Shown piece after piece: positions 18,605 through 27,516 of a stretch of DNA of 64,000 bases (position 1 is its first letter; each line of letters opens with the position of its first letter). The stretch is taken from positions 70,322 to 134,321 of the forward strand of contig CAZWVI010000005.1 in assembly GCA_964637165.1 (NCBI GenBank), in the 5' to 3' direction. A model generated the notes under the pieces. It had not been told where the DNA came from. It made no database searches and saw only the letters and a program-made list of their open reading frames with translations. The translations under genes and the position numbers were made by a program. This DNA comes from an uncultured Planctomycetales bacterium (GTDB lineage: Bacteria > Planctomycetota > UBA1135).

Positions 18605-20322
18605 TAGTAATCAAGTCTCTGGCCAAATGGCACCGGCCAAGGTGCAAGTAGTTGCGGTGCTCGGCCAAAAAATGGATTTAGCCGCGAATAACCATCTACA
18701 AATGCCGGCCGCACTCCAAGATTGGCCAAGCTGTCGGCAGCACGCCTAGCCATCAGGGTGATTTGTTCCAAGCTGGAATAATTGATGGCATCCCACTTGT
18801 CATTAGGGGTGTGATAGTCAGCATGTTCATTAGTGTTAAAGAAAATAACCGGAATACCCGCGCGATAAAAAATTGCTTGGTCACTGCGGTCGAAAAACTC
18901 TTCGTGTTCAGTGTCGTAATGTAAATTCAAACCTTTTGCGGCACGTTTAGTTAGCTTGGGGAGGATGGGAGATGACTTAGTTCCAATTACATGCACCGTG
19001 TTGTTTGTTGCCCGTCCAACCATGTCGAAATTTAACATGGCTGAAATTTGTTCTACCGGAAGCACGCCTTGGGCTAAAAATTGTGACGCTCCGATTAATC
19101 CAATTTCTTCCCCGGAAAAGAACACAAAACAAATACTGCGTCGGGGTGAAACTTTGGCATTTACTAAAGATTCTGCAAGCGCCAAGTTGGCCACGACCCC
19201 CGAACCATTATCGTCGGCGCCATTCCAAATGTCACCAGCTTCATTGCTCCCCACGTGGTCATAGTGGGAGCTTATGACTAAATATTCGTCGCGCAGCTGT
19301 GGGTCGGAACCAGGCAGAACTCCCACCACATTCCAACCAACTCTTTCCGAAGTCTCGAAAGCGACCGTTATTTCACTATTCAGGGCTGTTTCAAAACCAC
19401 TGCCACTTCCAGAGACATCAGTTTCCTTGACCCACTCAATGGCATTTAATTCACGTCCTTTGAAAACTTCATCGACAATCCTGCGACCCACATAGGCCAC
19501 CGGTATCTCGCAGCTTAAAGTTGTTTGGCTTTGCAGCATGCAGTAAAACTGGTCGGCAACAGACTTAACTGTGAAATTAGTTTCAGTGAAAATCTTTGGA
19601 TCAGTTTGCGCGCTCAATAATGGAAGGAGTTGGTTGTATAGTTTGGAAGTGCTTGGCCAAAACGGGGCACCCGTCGCTTCAATTTTTGCGTGCTCAACTC
19701 CAGGAGGGTCGGCTACTAAAACAGCGACCGCGCCAGCATCTTCCAGCAGTTTAATTTTTGCTTGAAGTCGCGCCGCACTAATTAATTTTTTGCCGTTGAA
19801 CTTACTGTCTCGCTCATTCGCCTGTGGCTCCCAGCGAAACACTAATGCTACTTTGCCAACAAGGTCTAGTCCCCACAAGTCGTCGTATTCATATTCGCTT
19901 GAATTGATTCCGTAGCCCACAAAAACAACTTCACCACTCGCGCTTCCGGCAGGGGCGCTTGGGTGTGGTTGGAAATTGTCTCCATGTGGGAAATCCCCGC
20001 CCAAAGTTAAATTGCAAAGCTCATTGTTAAGACGTAATGGGCTCGCGGAAAATGGATGTATGAAAGTGCCATCAATCGGTTCAAGGTTAAGCCGTTTGAG
20101 CCGTGATTCAATCCATCTTCCCGCTGTTTGCGCACCGAGCTCCCCGGTAAACCGGCCAGCAAAATCATCACCGGCAATGAAAGCTAAGTCTTCTTCTAGT
20201 CGTTGAATGGAAATCGCCGCATCGCCAGAATAATTTGACGGACTACCTTGGGCTAAAGCGAGTGATGAAACGTAAAGCGACATCACTAGGCTGAGCCAGG
20301 CGGCGGAGGTGGGGAGGACCAT
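18604..20322 (-). CDS. Secreted M28-family aminopeptidase with PA domain
   Basis: Metal-ligand motifs SSHYDHVG, GADDNGSG and FFSGEEIGLIGA. Signal-like MVLPTSAAWLSLVMSLYVSSLALAQG is taken as the start (20322). The ORF could extend to 20367. This leaves only 26 bp to the divergent gpmI start. Confidence 0.8.
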   Translation of the reverse strand: MVLPTSAAWLSLVMSLYVSSLALAQGSPSNYSGDAAISIQRLEEDLAFIAGDDFAGRFTGELGAQTAGRWIESRLKRLNLEPIDGTFIHPFSASPLRLNNELCNLTLGGDFPHGDNFQPHPSAPAGSASGEVVFVGYGINSSEYEYDDLWGLDLVGKVALVFRWEPQANERDSKFNGKKLISAARLQAKIKLLEDAGAVAVLVADPPGVEHAKIEATGAPFWPSTSKLYNQLLPLLSAQTDPKIFTETNFTVKSVADQFYCMLQSQTTLSCEIPVAYVGRRIVDEVFKGRELNAIEWVKETDVSGSGSGFETALNSEITVAFETSERVGWNVVGVLPGSDPQLRDEYLVISSHYDHVGSNEAGDIWNGADDNGSGVVANLALAESLVNAKVSPRRSICFVFFSGEEIGLIGASQFLAQGVLPVEQISAMLNFDMVGRATNNTVHVIGTKSSPILPKLTKRAAKGLNLHYDTEHEEFFDRSDQAIFYRAGIPVIFFNTNEHADYHTPNDKWDAINYSSLEQITLMARRAADSLANLGVRPAFVDGYSRLNPFFGRAPQLLAPWPVPFGQRLDY

Positions 20323-20348
20323 TGGCGCCCCTATCCTATGGTTGCGAA

Positions 20349-21881
20349 ATGAGTGGCAAACGACCAACCGTACTCTTAGTTCTCGATGGCTGGGGCCATG
20401 CCGAGGCTACCGACTTCAATGCAATAACCAGAGCGCCCGCAGAGAACTTTTTGCGCTGGTGGAATGAATGCCCGCATTCACTATTGTCAGCAAGTGGTCG
20501 CGAAGTTGGACTGCCTTTGGGTTTGATGGGAAATTCAGAAGTAGGTCATACCAATATCGGTGCCGGCCGAGTTGTTAATCAAACCATCTCACTTATTGAC
20601 AAAGCAATTGAAAATGGTGAGTTTCGCCTCAATCCTGCGCTGCGTGGCACCATCGAACATGCTCGCAAAAACAATTCACGGCTGCACCTTTTTGGTTTGC
20701 TAGGCCCTGGCGGCGTGCACGCCATTGATTCTCACTATGAAGTGCTGTTGCAGATGGCCAAGGAGTTAGGCTTGTCCAGCGAGCAAGTGCGTTTGCATTT
20801 ATTGTTAGATGGCCGCGACACTCCACCAACATCAGCTAAAGATTATTTGCATCAGCTTGAACAAATGTTGGCCAAGCATGGTGGTGTGATTGCCTCGGTG
20901 TGCGGTCGTTACTATGGAATGGATCGCGATCAGCGTTGGTATCGCACCGAATTGTTTTGGAATTGCATGATGCACGCCAAGGCTGACTATCGCGCCAATA
21001 CTGCGCAACAAGCACTAGCCGCGGCCGCTGAACGTGGCGAAAGTGACGAGTTCGTTATGCCGACAATAATTGGTGAGGCCAATGCCATAGCAGACGGCGA
21101 TTCAGTTTTGTGTTTTAACTTTCGCTCTGACCGAGTACGGCAAATATCAGAGGCAATTTTGACATCAAGTTTTTCTAACTTTGAAACTGGGAAAGTACCT
21201 AATCTTCACTATGCGACTATGACCCAATACAGAAAGGACTTCAGTTGCGCGGTAGCATTCCCGCCGCAAGAGTTGCGCTCGATGTTTGGTGAATTGGTTT
21301 CCGCACAAGGCATGCGCCAGTTTCGTTGCGCTGAAACTGAAAAGTATGCCCACGTTACATTTTTCTTCAATGGTGGCCGTGAAGATGTTTACCCTGGGGA
21401 AGACCGCCACTTGGTCGCTTCACCTAAGATTCCAACTTATGATTTGCAACCCGAGATGTCGGCGCCACAAGTGTGCGACGAAGTTTGCATTCGCCTAGAG
21501 AAAAACCAACACGACTTGTACGTGGTCAACTTTGCCAATTCGGACATGGTTGGTCATACCGGCAAACAAAATGCCACGGAGGCAGCGATTCGTGCGGTTG
21601 ATAATTGTTTAGGTCGCATTGTTGAACAAACTATGAAGCAGGGTGGAACTGTTGCGATAACCGCCGACCATGGAAACTCTGAACAGATGCGCGACCCAGA
21701 CACGGGAGGCATCCATACCGCTCATACGGTAAACCCAGTGCCATTCATCTTGATTGGCGAAGAATACCGCAATGCTCAAATGCGTGAAATGGGAGTTCTG
21801 GCTGATGTTGCCCCGACTCTTATGCGCACTATGGGTATTGACCAGCCATCCGAAATGGATGGCCACGACTTGCTGAAATGA
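20349..21881 (+). CDS. gpmI: 2,3-bisphosphoglycerate-independent phosphoglycerate mutase
   Basis: LLVLDGWGH, SEVGHTNIGAGR, DGRDTPP, and ITADHGNSE near the C-terminus. The start is taken at MSGKRPTVLL. Confidence 0.92.
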   Translation: MSGKRPTVLLVLDGWGHAEATDFNAITRAPAENFLRWWNECPHSLLSASGREVGLPLGLMGNSEVGHTNIGAGRVVNQTISLIDKAIENGEFRLNPALRGTIEHARKNNSRLHLFGLLGPGGVHAIDSHYEVLLQMAKELGLSSEQVRLHLLLDGRDTPPTSAKDYLHQLEQMLAKHGGVIASVCGRYYGMDRDQRWYRTELFWNCMMHAKADYRANTAQQALAAAAERGESDEFVMPTIIGEANAIADGDSVLCFNFRSDRVRQISEAILTSSFSNFETGKVPNLHYATMTQYRKDFSCAVAFPPQELRSMFGELVSAQGMRQFRCAETEKYAHVTFFFNGGREDVYPGEDRHLVASPKIPTYDLQPEMSAPQVCDEVCIRLEKNQHDLYVVNFANSDMVGHTGKQNATEAAIRAVDNCLGRIVEQTMKQGGTVAITADHGNSEQMRDPDTGGIHTAHTVNPVPFILIGEEYRNAQMREMGVLADVAPTLMRTMGIDQPSEMDGHDLLK

Positions 21882-23800
21882 TTACCAAGCCACTCCAAAT
21901 ACTTCTTGCTCTTGTCCTGATCGTTGCTCCGCTGAGTGCCGAAGTCTGGTACGTCGATGCCGATACCGGAATTGACGATATTTTGACCAACTCTGGCACC
22001 TCTGCTCTTGCTCCATTTAAAACTGTCACCTACGCGATGAGCCTCGCGCAAAGTGGTGATGAAGTTGAGTTGTTGCCAGGCACTTGGGATAGCAGCATTG
22101 AGAGTTTTCCAATTACGGTGACCAATGGCGTTTCGGTCCGTTACCCCGGTAGCGACCCAGCCATCTGCCGTTTCGATGGCGCTGGAACGCCTAATGCTTG
22201 TTTTAGAATTGATTCAGTTTTGGATGATAGCTTAACTCTCAGTGGGTTTACCATCGTCGATTGTGGCACTGGCATTGAGGTCACCAATGGCTCCAGCACT
22301 AATGGTTTTATCTTGGGGATTTATGGATGCGTGTTTGAACTAATCCAGTTTTATGGAGTGAATGCCAATCTTAGTGGCGGGGTGGAAGTCCTGTGGATTG
22401 AGGAATGTAATTTTTCGGGAACTGGCGCAACCGCCGCCGTGAATGTCACGTTGGGGTTAGGCGCATCTTTAACTACTAGCGTGGTTGAGGACAACATTAT
22501 TACTGGAGCCGATAAAGGGATTGTGTTGAATGCAGAATCTGGTTCTGCGGTAATTAGTAATTCCTATATCCGTCGCAACTTTATTAGCGGTACAGCTACA
22601 GCTGCGCGAGGAATTGAAATAACTGGCCAAGCTGATGCAATTGCCGGAGCAGTTGTTGATGTTGAAGTATCAGGAAACCAAGTGCAGGGCTTTCCTGAAG
22701 CAGGATTGTATTTGGAGGCTGATTCACAACTTGGTCAAGTGGTCGTCATCGATGGAAAATTCCACCATAATGAATTCATAAATAATGGTGTCAATGCGCG
22801 CTTGGTAACGATTAACAACACTGCATCAACAGCAGATATTAGCTCCTTGTTTTTTGGGAATTCATTTCGCGGCGCCACCACTAGTTTGGGCGATGGGAAT
22901 GGGATTGTGCTTGATGCGACCTTGCCAAAGACTGGCAATTTAAATATGGCACCAAACTTTGGCGACTTGACTATCGGTTGGGGTGATGGGGCATATGGTG
23001 GCCGCAATTCAATATCGGGAAATGAAGTTTTCAATATGGTTTTGGATTTGGACATGCAAAACATTATTAAGGCCGAGCGCAACTTTTGGGACGACATTTC
23101 TATCGCCAATGTAAATGCCAAAATTGAAACCAATGGCGCTAACTATCCGAGCATTGTTTCATTGCTTGAAGGCTCTATGAATTTTTCAGTTGCGACAGGT
23201 GAGTTGGCGGCCAATGTTGCGCAAAACGTAATTCTTGCAGCTGGGACTAGCAGTGCTTTTGTCGACAACCTAGATGCAGACGCCTTATACGGGCAAATGT
23301 TAATCACGATTGACGAGGGCACCTGGTTATTAGATCCGGTTGTTTCGGATGATGGCACCACACTTAGTTTTATTTCACCGGAATTGTTGTCAGGAAATCA
23401 TGAGATTAGTTTGATTAACCCCGGTGGGCAATTTGCCATAGGCAACTTAGTGGTTGAGTCAGAAGGTGGTGCAGGAGGCGGAAGCGACACCGGTATGTGT
23501 GTTGTCGCGACAGCAGCACATGGTGACTACGACGCACCCGAAGTTAAAACCTTGCGTCGTTGGCGCGATGAGTTTTTGCTGACAACTCCAAGTGGGCGCA
23601 GTTTTGTGCGTGCTTATTATCAACATGGGCCGGTGCTTGCTGATTGGATAAGCCAACGTGAGTGGGCACGCAAAAGTACCCGCGTTCTATTGGTTGCGCC
23701 GGTCGCTTTGGCTAAAGGAATGTTGGCTGCGCCTGAGTTAATGCGCATGTTATTGCTGCTAGCAATTGGCGCGATTAGCTTTAGAAAATTACGTCGTTGA
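21878..23800 (+). CDS. Secreted right-handed beta-helix repeat protein with C-terminal Cys-motif membrane anchor
   Basis: Signal peptide MITKPLQILLALVLIVAPLSAEV, followed by repeated G/N/I-rich about 22-25 aa turns typical of parallel beta-helix (pectate-lyase fold) proteins. The tail is GMCVVATAAHGDYDAPEVKTLRRWRDEFLL...YYQHGP plus a terminal TM helix. The ATG overlaps the gpmI TGA (ATGA). Confidence 0.65.
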   Translation: MITKPLQILLALVLIVAPLSAEVWYVDADTGIDDILTNSGTSALAPFKTVTYAMSLAQSGDEVELLPGTWDSSIESFPITVTNGVSVRYPGSDPAICRFDGAGTPNACFRIDSVLDDSLTLSGFTIVDCGTGIEVTNGSSTNGFILGIYGCVFELIQFYGVNANLSGGVEVLWIEECNFSGTGATAAVNVTLGLGASLTTSVVEDNIITGADKGIVLNAESGSAVISNSYIRRNFISGTATAARGIEITGQADAIAGAVVDVEVSGNQVQGFPEAGLYLEADSQLGQVVVIDGKFHHNEFINNGVNARLVTINNTASTADISSLFFGNSFRGATTSLGDGNGIVLDATLPKTGNLNMAPNFGDLTIGWGDGAYGGRNSISGNEVFNMVLDLDMQNIIKAERNFWDDISIANVNAKIETNGANYPSIVSLLEGSMNFSVATGELAANVAQNVILAAGTSSAFVDNLDADALYGQMLITIDEGTWLLDPVVSDDGTTLSFISPELLSGNHEISLINPGGQFAIGNLVVESEGGAGGGSDTGMCVVATAAHGDYDAPEVKTLRRWRDEFLLTTPSGRSFVRAYYQHGPVLADWISQREWARKSTRVLLVAPVALAKGMLAAPELMRMLLLLAIGAISFRKLRR

Positions 23801-23818
23801 TTTGTATAAAACTGAAAA

Positions 23819-23842
23819 GGCCGCGCCCTTATGGGCACGGCC
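23819..23842 (-). terminator. Intrinsic terminator of the small membrane-protein gene
   Basis: Hairpin GGCCGCGCCC-TTAT-GGGCACGGCC with one mismatch. On the minus strand it is followed by CTTTTCAGTTTTAT. Confidence 0.5.
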
Positions 23843-23879
23843 TCCAGCCAGACGTTGTTCGCGCTAGTCGTCCGATTAA

Positions 23880-24254
23880 TTAAGCACCTGCGTTAGCTGT
23901 ATTACGCGCAGTGTCGACCAAGCTCTTAAGCATGCCGACTGCTGCAACTAACAGCACGATGTAAACTAGGTTTGAAAAGATTGGATCTAAGAATTTTCCA
24001 ATCCATTCAACTTCGCCGATTGCGGCAGATGCGTTACCCCAAGCTGGGGCATTAAGGAAAACCAAAGCTGCTGCGCCGATGGCGTAGTCTTTGGCGTTTT
24101 CGCTTTTAACGCAAGTCCATCCAATCCACACGGCTGAGCCGTACATGAGGAAGGTTGCGATCGGGGCAAAGCCCCCAAGATCTGATGCGGAACCAGTTGC
24201 AATGCCGCTGATGATGGCGACTGCGAAAGCGATGGTGAACAAGTTTTTGGCCAT
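23880..24254 (-). CDS. Small hypothetical membrane protein (3-4 TM)
   Basis: The start is taken at MAKNLFTIAFAVAIISG. The 44-codon upstream extension in the ORF track (to 24386) is Arg/His/Pro-rich and begins inside the repeat element. Confidence 0.5.
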   Translation of the reverse strand: MAKNLFTIAFAVAIISGIATGSASDLGGFAPIATFLMYGSAVWIGWTCVKSENAKDYAIGAAALVFLNAPAWGNASAAIGEVEWIGKFLDPIFSNLVYIVLLVAAVGMLKSLVDTARNTANAGA

Positions 24255-24362
24255 TTTTCTTCGTATGTGTGGTGAGACCCTTAGCGGGTGATGGGGCGAA
24301 TGCCTCATTGGGAGAGTTAATCGCCGGAAGCGGAGTAAAATTCGCCATAAATCCCTCCCATA

Positions 24363-24386
24363 CTCTGACCCCAAAGAGTGGGTCAT
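24363..24386. repeat. TGACC-N10-GGTCA element, copy 3
   Basis: The minus strand reads ATGACCCACTCTTTGGGGTCAGAG, nearly identical to the 33620 copy. It lies about 110 nt upstream of the small membrane-protein ATG. Confidence 0.8.
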
Positions 24387-24462
24387 TTGTTGTTATTGAG
24401 TATTAGTAGGCTGAAAGTAGAAAGTCGCAAATATGAAAAAAGCGCAAGATCAGCCTCGAAAT

Positions 24463-24484
24463 AAACTGAATGACCGTTCAGTTT
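24463..24484 (-). terminator. Hairpin downstream of ygfZ (weak terminator candidate)
   Basis: Perfect inverted repeat AAACTGAA-TGACCG-TTCAGTTT, 30 nt after the ygfZ stop. On the minus strand it is followed only by a short ATTT tract. Confidence 0.35.
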
Positions 24485-24514
24485 TGCCCAAGTCGAGCAT
24501 AATGCTGCCCCTTA

Positions 24515-25585
24515 TTAATCACGTTCGATTTTCGCAATAATATCGCCGTCTTCACCTAAGACCTTTAACAGAATGTTGTTACGAGCATATCTTTTGGCCA
24601 CCACGGCCAGCCCAAGCGGGCAGTCTTGCAGTGGAGAGTAAACCCATGAGCTAACAATCCCGGCCGTTTTACCGTCATCGTCCAGTAATTGCTGGCCGTG
24701 AAGAGGCTTAACTCCTTGGTTGAAAACTACTCGACACAGTTGGCGCGGAGCTTCGCCGTAAGTGTTAATGCGCGCGACCACCTCTTGACCGGTGTAGCAC
24801 CCCTTGCTTAGGGAGGTGCGTTTCCATTCATTACTTTCGGGCAGGGTCACACTTTCGCCAAAGTCGATACCCCAACGCGCAATCCCTGCTTCAACCCGCA
24901 AGATGTCGAGCACCACGTGTCCGCTGGGGATTGCGCCGGCCGACTTCAGCGCGTGAGCGAGTCCGCCAATATGTTCGGGTGCGCCAATCAGTTCCCAACA
25001 ATCAATCCCACGGTCCGGGCGTTGTAAAACTAAGAGCTCGCCAATCAATTCGCAGCTGGGTGCACCACAATCGGCAACAGCAATGCCAACTTTTTCTAAA
25101 GTTGCGCGCGCGGCAGGTCCTGCGACTAATAAGCGCGCGCTCGGTGGAGCCGCCCACGACAGGCTTTCACTGAAGTGCATCTTTTCAAAGTACTGATGCA
25201 AAGTTTCTTGACGACTTGCGGGCATATCAATTCCAACAAGGTCTACATCGTTTAGCTTTAAACCAAATAACAGCAGGTCACTAATCCAGTGCGCTTTGCC
25301 GTTGAGGGCAGCTGACCATTGCCCACCGCCCGCGCCCAATTCACGAATGTCAGAACTAAGTAGGCGCTGCAAAAAGTCGGCGGTGTCGTTGCCGGACATT
25401 TCCAGCCAGCCTCGATCGCCACCATCAAAAATGGCACAAGCATCACGTGCGGCTTGGTACTCCTCCCCAACGCCCCCGACTCGTAGGGGCAGAATTACTC
25501 CCTCAAGTTCGATGAAGTCGGCACCCCATTCGGTGAAAAGTTGATTGAGTTCGGTTTTCATGGATTCGGTGTGCGAGTTTAACAA
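24515..25585 (-). CDS. ygfZ: Folate-binding Fe-S cluster repair / tRNA-modification protein YgfZ (GcvT-like fold)
   Basis: YgfZ signature KGCYTGQE and an aminomethyltransferase-like N-terminal region. The start may be the internal MKTELNQLF (25561). Confidence 0.8.
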   Translation of the reverse strand: MLNSHTESMKTELNQLFTEWGADFIELEGVILPLRVGGVGEEYQAARDACAIFDGGDRGWLEMSGNDTADFLQRLLSSDIRELGAGGGQWSAALNGKAHWISDLLLFGLKLNDVDLVGIDMPASRQETLHQYFEKMHFSESLSWAAPPSARLLVAGPAARATLEKVGIAVADCGAPSCELIGELLVLQRPDRGIDCWELIGAPEHIGGLAHALKSAGAIPSGHVVLDILRVEAGIARWGIDFGESVTLPESNEWKRTSLSKGCYTGQEVVARINTYGEAPRQLCRVVFNQGVKPLHGQQLLDDDGKTAGIVSSWVYSPLQDCPLGLAVVAKRYARNNILLKVLGEDGDIIAKIERD

Positions 25586-25965
25586 TAATTACGGGCGGCG
25601 TTGGATTCAGCTGTGGAAGAATTAGTAATAATTGCCGAAGCGTGTGGTTGCAAAATTGTGGCCTACTCAATTCATGAGCTCGACATCGTCAAGCAGTTTT
25701 GCACCGATAAGGATTTAGTAAATAAGGTAGAAGAAATGATGGCGGCACTCGCCCCCGGATGTCAAAGTCCTCCACCGCCTAAGTGTGGGGCCGCCGAGTC
25801 TTGTCGCCGCTTGCCAGGTGGTGCTTCGCCTAACGAACAAAGTTGAGGCCAGCAATAAAAGTGCTACGTAAATTCTTTACATCACGGCGGGTGCAAGTCG
25901 CAAACCGCCCGACCACCGTTCTTGCAAATCGGCTTAGATTATTTTCTGAGGCTGACTTGGGGGAG

Positions 25966-26640
25966 TCAGTCCACTTTTGCACTTATTAATACTTTTTCGG
26001 ACGTGAATGCAATTTTTCGCAGTGGTAACCAGTGGAGGTCCTTGAAGCCAGCCGCGTTCATTTCTTGGCGGACGGTCTTGGGTGATGGATTAGATGGCGG
26101 CCGATTGCGCAGTTTGTATTTGTGGCGAAGGCGGCGGCCCCAAATTTTAAAACTTTGATCGTGATGCCAACCACAGATTACTCCAAGTCTGGCAACCCGT
26201 TTTAATTCGCGCAAAAATACTTCACGCAGGCCTGGTTCAGGAATAAGGTGGAAGAGTCTGATGCAAACCACAACATCGAAGGCATCGTCTTCAAAGGGTA
26301 GTGCGCTCAAGTCGGCGGCGAGCATTTGCGCAATTGGATGTTTGCGTGCTCCTTGGCGCAACATTTCCACGGAAAGGTCGGCGCCCACCCAGTCATATTT
26401 GTCATCTAAACTTCCGGCGAATCGGGCAGTGCCGCAGGGGACGTCTAATATTGTTTTCGCATTCGTGAATCGTTCAAGTGCCGAATTTAATAATTTTGCT
26501 TTGCGTAAATCACGCCGACGACCAGCAGTGCTTGACCAACGACGGTCGTAATCACGCGCGATTTCAGGGTCGCGGTAACTGTCAAGCTTGGCCGATTGGC
26601 TCGGCGCCGACATTTCTTCGGGAGGAGGCGAACTGCACAC
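25966..26640 (-). CDS. Class I SAM-dependent methyltransferase
   Basis: Motif I ILDVPCGTARF and motif post-I/II (DWVGADLS, FDVVVCIRLFHL). Confidence 0.75.
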   Translation of the reverse strand: MCSSPPPEEMSAPSQSAKLDSYRDPEIARDYDRRWSSTAGRRRDLRKAKLLNSALERFTNAKTILDVPCGTARFAGSLDDKYDWVGADLSVEMLRQGARKHPIAQMLAADLSALPFEDDAFDVVVCIRLFHLIPEPGLREVFLRELKRVARLGVICGWHHDQSFKIWGRRLRHKYKLRNRPPSNPSPKTVRQEMNAAGFKDLHWLPLRKIAFTSEKVLISAKVD

Positions 26641-26680
26641 CTTGGAATTTTAGGCCTGCTAACATAACTTGCATTAACTG

Positions 26681-27514
26681 ATGAAGCCTCAATCACCTTT
26701 GCCGGCAATTCCGCCTCGGCCCCGCGATGCCCACAAGGGAACGATGGGGCGGGTGTTGCTGTGTGCGGGGTCGAAGGGCATGGCCGGCGCCGCAGCCTTA
26801 GCGGCTGAAGCAAGTTTGCGCAGCGGTGCTGGTTACGCATTTGTTATGGCGCCGACCTCGATAGCCGCCGAACTAACCGCGGCCACACCCAGTGCGGTGT
26901 TACGCCTTTGCGGCAACGACTCACGCAGTTGTTTGTTGCTCGAAGATTCGCCCTCAATTGCCGAGTTAAGTTCTCAAGTTCAATCGATAGTGCTTGGCCC
27001 AGGTGTCGGACGTGAACCATCAACGTTGCAACTTGTTAATCAAGTGGCGCAAGAAATAACTACACCATTAGTTCTTGATGCCGACGCATTGCACCCAGAT
27101 TTAATGTACCCATTGCCTCAGAGTTGGATAATTACTCCACATGCAGCAGAGGCAAATCGATTACTTGGATACCAGTGCGACAGTCGCCAACAAACATGCC
27201 AAGCATTAGTCGACAAATATTCATGCGTAGTGTTATTGAAAGGTGCTGGCACATTAATTGCATCGCCAAAACATGAAATGTTAAAAAACTCAACTGGAAA
27301 TCCAGGCATGGCGACCGCAGGTAGTGGTGATGTGCTTAGTGGTTGCATCGCCGGCTTGCTCGCGCGCGGACTTAGTAGTTTCGACGCGACCCGCTTGGGC
27401 GCGTATTTACACGGTCGCGCCGGTGATTTAGCCGCGCAAGCAGTCGGCGAAGAATCTTTGATAGCGCCAGATTTAATTAATTTCTTGCCAACCGCAATAA
27501 TGGAATTGAACTAA
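26681..27514 (+). CDS. nnrD: ADP-dependent NAD(P)H-hydrate dehydratase (YjeF C-terminal family)
   Basis: KGTMGRVLLCAGSKGMAGAAALAAEASLRSGAG, VLGPGVG, LKGAGTLIA and GSGDVLSGCIAG. Confidence 0.88.
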   Translation: MKPQSPLPAIPPRPRDAHKGTMGRVLLCAGSKGMAGAAALAAEASLRSGAGYAFVMAPTSIAAELTAATPSAVLRLCGNDSRSCLLLEDSPSIAELSSQVQSIVLGPGVGREPSTLQLVNQVAQEITTPLVLDADALHPDLMYPLPQSWIITPHAAEANRLLGYQCDSRQQTCQALVDKYSCVVLLKGAGTLIASPKHEMLKNSTGNPGMATAGSGDVLSGCIAGLLARGLSSFDATRLGAYLHGRAGDLAAQAVGEESLIAPDLINFLPTAIMELN

Positions 27515-27516
27515 TT

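Noticed and set aside
25586-25965. A folate- or purine-related riboswitch (ZTP/pfl or THF) in the long leader of ygfZ.
   Set aside because: I could not find the conserved ZTP 3-prime element (CCGCCTGGGC-like) or other recognisable cores on either strand. This cannot be excluded without a covariance-model scan.
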